From a virus: DNA of 44,235 bases. The DNA lies in IMG/VR virus record IMGVR_UViG_3300027908_000012, positions 1 to 44,235 of that record, one strand, 5' to 3'. Position numbers and translations under genes: made by a program. The notes under the pieces were generated by a model. It did not search any database. It saw only the letters and a list, made by a program, of their open reading frames with translations, and had not been told where the DNA came from. Positions 39,849 to 44,235 of this stretch are shown piece by piece; position 1 is the first letter of the stretch; each line of letters begins with the position of its first letter.

Positions 39849-41110
39849 CTCGCGTGAAATTAGCTGGCGGCAGCTACACCAGTCAATCGGTTAACGCCGA
39901 TGCGCAGAGAACTGTCAATCTCTATCCCGAGCAGATTGAATCGGGCGACGGCACGACTGATATTGCACTTTACCCGACTCCTGGGCTCAAAAAGTTTGCT
40001 GTCTTTGTGGCGCCGGGAGCTTGTCTCTCTATCGCCAAAACTCCCAATGGAACATTCACTCAGGGGCAAAACGGAGCGACGTATTCAGTGGTAGTCACGA
40101 ACGACACGAGCTCCGCAAGCCTGGGGCTGGTGACTGTTACCGAAAATGTGCCCACTGGACTGACTTTCGTTTCCATGGCGGGAGCTGGTTGGACCGTCGT
40201 TGGCAATGTAGCAACACGCAGCGATGCTCTTGCGCCGGGAGCGAGTTATCCAACTCTGACCGTCACCGTAAATGTAGCCTCCAACGCTCCATCCATGGTG
40301 AATAACAATGTCTCCATAGCCGGTGGGGGCTGCACGCAAATCAATAATGCGCAAAACGCTACAGCGATTGTGGCTTCTGGCGGTGGCGGGTCAATCATCA
40401 GTGTAGCTAGTCCGATTATCGGCTCACCGTTTACCAGCAGTACGGTAATGCTTCTTGAAGCTGGAGCCAGTTTTCCGCTGCCCTTGGCCGGTCCGGTTGT
40501 AGTTCTTCTGCCCCTGTTTTATAGCCAGATTACCGACCCTTCCACGCAGCCTGTGCCGGTTGTGAACAGCATCTCGGATACCACCGGAGCTACTTGGACG
40601 GCAATAAAATCTCCGGTAAGTTTTCTGCCCGAACACACCACTGGCTTCGGTGTTTGCACTTATCAGCTTTATTCTGCCTCCTTCCCTGCGGGCATTCCGG
40701 TCAACTGGCAAGTCACTATCAATCTGGCCGGTCCCAGCAGCATAGGATTTGTTCCCCACACATTGCTCATGGTTTTCACGGCTTGCACCGGCGTGGATGC
40801 CAGCGCGTTTAATCTGATCGCTCAGCCGGGCGCCGTCACCGGCGCACCGATCACCACTTCCGCGCCAAGAGTAATCGTTACCATCGCCAGCGGACCTGTC
40901 TCTGCCCCTTCTGGAGTACCGCTTTATTGCCAATCGGGAAGCGATCAGGGACTGGGAGCAGCGATCTACAGTTCCACGGGATTTTTCCCCAACAGTTCAA
41001 CTCTTGAGCATGTCGATCTGCAACCGGCTGGAACTTATAACCCTACCTGGGGCGGAACGGCAACTAACGGAAGCATCGCTTTAAGCACTGTCGCGGTGGT
41101 GCCGGCATGA
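39845..41110 (+). CDS. Chimeric protein: gp10-like N-terminal segment + DUF11-type Ig-like repeat + lectin-like C-terminal domain (421 aa)
   Basis: The start overlaps the upstream gene's stop by 4 nt. Residues 1-60 (NADAQRTVNLYPEQ...IALYPTPGLKKF) resemble the P22 gp10 N-terminus. ATYSVVVTN...VTVTENVPTGLTFVSMAGAGWT...LAPGASYPTLTVTVNV matches the conserved repeat domain (DUF11). The C-terminal half resembles ORF 6441-7193. Confidence 0.6.
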   Translation: MTRVKLAGGSYTSQSVNADAQRTVNLYPEQIESGDGTTDIALYPTPGLKKFAVFVAPGACLSIAKTPNGTFTQGQNGATYSVVVTNDTSSASLGLVTVTENVPTGLTFVSMAGAGWTVVGNVATRSDALAPGASYPTLTVTVNVASNAPSMVNNNVSIAGGGCTQINNAQNATAIVASGGGGSIISVASPIIGSPFTSSTVMLLEAGASFPLPLAGPVVVLLPLFYSQITDPSTQPVPVVNSISDTTGATWTAIKSPVSFLPEHTTGFGVCTYQLYSASFPAGIPVNWQVTINLAGPSSIGFVPHTLLMVFTACTGVDASAFNLIAQPGAVTGAPITTSAPRVIVTIASGPVSAPSGVPLYCQSGSDQGLGAAIYSSTGFFPNSSTLEHVDLQPAGTYNPTWGGTATNGSIALSTVAVVPA

Positions 41111-42702
41111 GCGTGCGCGGCGAATTCCGCATTGATACGCCCAACGGCACGCGAGCCTTTGCCGTGGCCAGTTCCAATTTATTTGAAATCTTCGCCAACG
41201 GAACATCGAACTTCTTAGGCGCGGTGGGCAATGACGGATTTTTAGTGTCCTTTGCCGGCAGCGCCCAGCAAGTCCTGATTGCCTCGGCAGGAACGGCTTA
41301 TGTCTTTGATTTGACGCTCAACACTTTGACCACGATTCCCGGGGCAACGTTCTCTGGCGCGGTATCTGTCGTGGGCTATTGCGATGGGTTCTTTCTGGCT
41401 CTCATTGCCAGCTCCAACACTTTTTACGTTTCCGGGCCTCTCGATGCTACGGACTGGACCACCAATGGAGCCTCTCTCGTTTCTGTTTTTCCAGACAACT
41501 TATTGGGAATGCTGGTTGACCATCGGGAAGTGTGGTTCTGGTCAGCAACCCGAGCTGTTGTTTACTATGACTCCGGCAACATCTTCCCCTTCGACGTGGT
41601 TCCCGGTGGGTTTATCGAGCAAGGGCTGGGAGCCCGATTATCTCCATCTCAATTAGACAACACGATTTTCTGGCTGGGGGCTGATTCTCGCGGATCAGCA
41701 GTTGTTTGGCGGGCGCAAGGCTATACACCCAGCAGAGTCAGTAACCATGCTATCGAATACGCCATGCAAGGCTACGCAAGAATTGATGACGCCATCGGCT
41801 TCAGCTTCCAGATGGATGGGCACTATTTCTATCAATTGTACTTCCCGACTGCCAATGCGACATGGCGCTACGACGTGGCAACCAATATGTGGCACGAAGT
41901 CGGTTACTGGAACCTTGCTACGGGAACTTTCATCGCGCACAAAAGTCAGGTACATGTCTTTGTTTTCGGCAAGCATCTGGTGGGCGATTGGGGCAGCGAC
42001 ACGATTTATGAAATGGCGATTCCCTTCTATTCCAATGGAGTCTGGAAGTTTGCCGATGATGACGGCAACCCCATTCGCAGAGTCCGAAGGATGCCGCATT
42101 TATCGAAGGATCAGAAATTACAAGCGCATCACCAGTTGCAGGTGTATATCGAGAGCGGTTTGGGGCCGACGCCTCCCTTACCTGCGACAGAAGCGCCTAC
42201 CACACTATTTCTAGCCGATCCAAATGGAGTGGTCTGGGCTGTAGGGGTTACGGATGCGGGAGACCTTGAAACCAGTCTGGGACTTGGAACCGCGGGAACC
42301 ATTTTTATCAACGATCCCAGCGGCCTTACTTCCTGGCAATTACAGGTGGATGTAGTGGGCGTGCTTTCCACCACTGCTGTTGGACTCGGAAATTATCCGC
42401 AAAGTTACACGCTTTCTTCTGGGGCGGTTCGCTGGATTCTGCAAGTCGATAACGTGGGAGTACTAGAAACCAATTTCAAGGAACCGGTGACCCGCGCTCC
42501 GCAGATCAATCTGCGCTGGAGCGATGACGGAGCGCATTCCTTCAGCAATGAATATTCCATGAGCATGGGCAAGACCGGAGAGTTTTCCAAGCGGGTGATG
42601 TGGCGAAGGCTCGGACGTTCGAGAGACCGCGTGTATGAAGTGAATGGCAGCGATCCCGTTCCCTATCGCTTAATCAGTGCGTTTCTGGAAGTGGGGGCCT
42701 GA
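41107..42702 (+). CDS. Tail hub / packaged-DNA stabilisation protein, P22 gp10-like, apparently lacking the N-terminal ~57 residues
   Basis: ATGA overlap upstream. MSVRGEFR aligns with P22 gp10 around VSRGVEY. The C-terminus FSKRVMWRRLGRSRDRVYEV aligns with gp10 YDKRVLWKRVGRIRRLIGFKL. Both alignments are from memory. Confidence 0.6.
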   Translation: MSVRGEFRIDTPNGTRAFAVASSNLFEIFANGTSNFLGAVGNDGFLVSFAGSAQQVLIASAGTAYVFDLTLNTLTTIPGATFSGAVSVVGYCDGFFLALIASSNTFYVSGPLDATDWTTNGASLVSVFPDNLLGMLVDHREVWFWSATRAVVYYDSGNIFPFDVVPGGFIEQGLGARLSPSQLDNTIFWLGADSRGSAVVWRAQGYTPSRVSNHAIEYAMQGYARIDDAIGFSFQMDGHYFYQLYFPTANATWRYDVATNMWHEVGYWNLATGTFIAHKSQVHVFVFGKHLVGDWGSDTIYEMAIPFYSNGVWKFADDDGNPIRRVRRMPHLSKDQKLQAHHQLQVYIESGLGPTPPLPATEAPTTLFLADPNGVVWAVGVTDAGDLETSLGLGTAGTIFINDPSGLTSWQLQVDVVGVLSTTAVGLGNYPQSYTLSSGAVRWILQVDNVGVLETNFKEPVTRAPQINLRWSDDGAHSFSNEYSMSMGKTGEFSKRVMWRRLGRSRDRVYEVNGSDPVPYRLISAFLEVGA

Positions 42703-42959
42703 TGGCGAAAAACGCTCGCATATCGCCGTTCGATACCCGCACCAAGTTCATTGAACAGTCAGAACACGGCAGCGGAATCGCCAAACCGCACACTCAATGG
42801 TTGCAGAAAGCTGGAGTCCTGCTCAATGGCTCTGCCCAAATAGTAGATGTTCCGGCAACTTTAACTTCTCCCGGTATCTATGGCGACATGGCTTTTGACG
42901 CTGCCTTTAAGTATTTCTGCATCGCTCCGAACACTTGGAAGAAAGAAGCGTGGTCGTGA
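42702..42959 (+). CDS. Hypothetical tail-module protein (85 aa)
   Basis: TGATG overlap with the hub gene. Confidence 0.5.
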   Translation: MAKNARISPFDTRTKFIEQSEHGSGIAKPHTQWLQKAGVLLNGSAQIVDVPATLTSPGIYGDMAFDAAFKYFCIAPNTWKKEAWS

Positions 42960-43831
42960 GTTTCCTTGCTCCACTGATCGGATTAGGCGGCGGGATTCTT
43001 AGCGGAATCCTCGGCAGTGGCGCGGCCAAGGACGCTGCACAGGCTCAAGCTGGTGCCGCTGGCCAAGCGGCCAATAACGCCTCGAATCAAGCAGCGGCTT
43101 CCAACACTTACCAGAAAGGAATTGCCTCTCAGCAGACTGGATTACTCAGTCCGTATGCCACAGCAGGGCAAGGGGCGGTATCGAATCTCGGACAACTCCT
43201 CGCTCCAGGCGGTCAACTCACCCAAGGCTATGGAAGCTTCACCGCGCCTACAGGAGTCACGGAACAGAACGATCCCGGCTATCAGTTCAGACTTACGCAG
43301 GGACTCAATGCCTTGCAGAACTCCGCAGCGGCTCGGGGAGGCTTGCTCTCCACCGGCACAGCGAAAAACATCAACGATTATGCGCAAAATTCAGCTTCCA
43401 ACGAGTACAGCAATGTCTATAACAGAGCCTTGGGCACGTATCAGACGAATCAGGCCAACTTTAATCAGAATAACAACAATCTTTATAGCCGTCTGTCTGG
43501 GCTTTCGGGGCAAGGGTTACAAGCGGGAAGTTCACTAGGCGGAATGCTGCAATCGGGAGCGCAAAACGTCGCAGGCATCAACGCCAACGAAGCGCAGCAG
43601 TACGGTTCAGCGATTCAGAACCAAGGGGCGGCACAAGCCAGCGGAATCATCGGCGCGAACAACGCATGGCAAGGTGCGCTCGGTGGAGCAGTAAACAATT
43701 TAGGCGGATTCCTGTCTGCGCAATTCCCGATGAATAGCAGCGGTTACGGCGGTGGAGGCGGAAATAGCGGCACGCCTTGGTATAACGCCAGCGGCTACGG
43801 CAACGCGGCCATCGGAAGCGGGGGAAGCTAA
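42956..43831 (+). CDS. Internal virion / ejection-like protein (291 aa) with N-terminal hydrophobic Gly-rich segment
   Basis: GTG 42956 forms a GTGA overlap with the upstream stop. The N-terminus is SFLAPLIGLGGGILSGILG. The protein is G/A/Q/N-rich and contains DPGYQFRLTQGLNAL..SAAARGGLLS, a motif common in podophage internal proteins. Confidence 0.55.
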   Translation: MSFLAPLIGLGGGILSGILGSGAAKDAAQAQAGAAGQAANNASNQAAASNTYQKGIASQQTGLLSPYATAGQGAVSNLGQLLAPGGQLTQGYGSFTAPTGVTEQNDPGYQFRLTQGLNALQNSAAARGGLLSTGTAKNINDYAQNSASNEYSNVYNRALGTYQTNQANFNQNNNNLYSRLSGLSGQGLQAGSSLGGMLQSGAQNVAGINANEAQQYGSAIQNQGAAQASGIIGANNAWQGALGGAVNNLGGFLSAQFPMNSSGYGGGGGNSGTPWYNASGYGNAAIGSGGS

Positions 43832-43832
43832 A

Positions 43833-44235
43833 TTGGGCATACCTCTAGTCGCGCTCGCAGGCCAGCAAGCACCAATCCAAAATTATCAGCAGTGGCAAGC
43901 CCAAGCTGCGGGCATCCAGAACATGCAAGGGCAGAACGCCCTCCAGCCCGGCCAATTAGTGCAGCAGCAACAGCAAATCGAGCAAACCAAACGTGATTTA
44001 GCAGACCAAGATGCTATGACCAAGTCCATGCAGGAATGGGATGGCAATTACGACACTTTGCCCGGTCTGGTAATGAAGCATGGCGGCTCGGCAAAAGCGG
44101 TAATGCAACTGAGATCAGCTCTAGTCAATCAACAGAAAGATTTGACGGGCCTGAATGAAAGTCAATTAACGCTAGCAGACATGAAGGCCGATCACTGGGT
44201 GCAAGCCCTCAGCGATGTAGCCAAAGCTCCACCTG
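43833..44235 (+). CDS. 5' part of junction-spanning ejection-like gene (continues at position 1 by circularity)
   Basis: TTG 43833 lies 1 nt after the upstream stop. I hand-translated it with no stop through to the window end, in frame with ORF 6-1298. Confidence 0.55.
   Translation, partial: MGIPLVALAGQQAPIQNYQQWQAQAAGIQNMQGQNALQPGQLVQQQQQIEQTKRDLADQDAMTKSMQEWDGNYDTLPGLVMKHGGSAKAVMQLRSALVNQQKDLTGLNESQLTLADMKADHWVQALSDVAKAPP
44137..44235. repeat. Right copy of exact 99-bp terminal direct overlap
   Basis: Identical to 1-99. Confidence 0.95.

Noticed and set aside
1-44235. CRISPR arrays, rRNA, tRNA, integrase or attachment sites
   Set aside because: No spaced identical repeats, no cloverleaf candidates in the intergenic gaps, and no tyrosine or serine recombinase motifs appear in any translated frame. 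Absence is based on reading only, without tRNAscan or an HMM search.

Overview
The window is a complete double-stranded DNA tailed-phage genome. Bases 1-99 are identical to 44137-44235 and an ORF reads through the join, so the contig is circular or circularly permuted with 44,136 unique bp. The morphogenesis module is P22-like (short-tailed): terS, terL, portal, scaffold, P22-type coat, gp4-like adaptor, gp10-like hub, three low-complexity ejection-like proteins, and a four-gene fibre/spike cluster. A leftward early operon of about 11.4 kb (25379 down to 13970) holds about 40 small genes, mostly with overlapping stop and start codons. It encodes RusA, an HNH endonuclease, a PD-(D/E)XK exonuclease, a DUF669-like protein and a frameshifted IS1595-type transposase. 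A short rightward operon (25578-27286) includes a LuxR-type HTH protein. A lysis/accessory cluster lies at 10368-13966. I saw no integrase, tRNA, rRNA or CRISPR array. The observations most worth follow-up are: (1) a gp10-like hub gene that appears split by an inserted Ig-like plus lectin-like module; (2) a Tat-signal paralog of part of the coat protein; (3) Sec-type signal peptides on all fibre/spike-like proteins; (4) a GroES-like gene in the head module; (5) a duplicated transposase 5' end bracketing a Cys-rich micro-ORF; (6) an antisense gene embedded in an odd spike C-terminus. All homology calls come from reading the translations against remembered family motifs. No database search was run.
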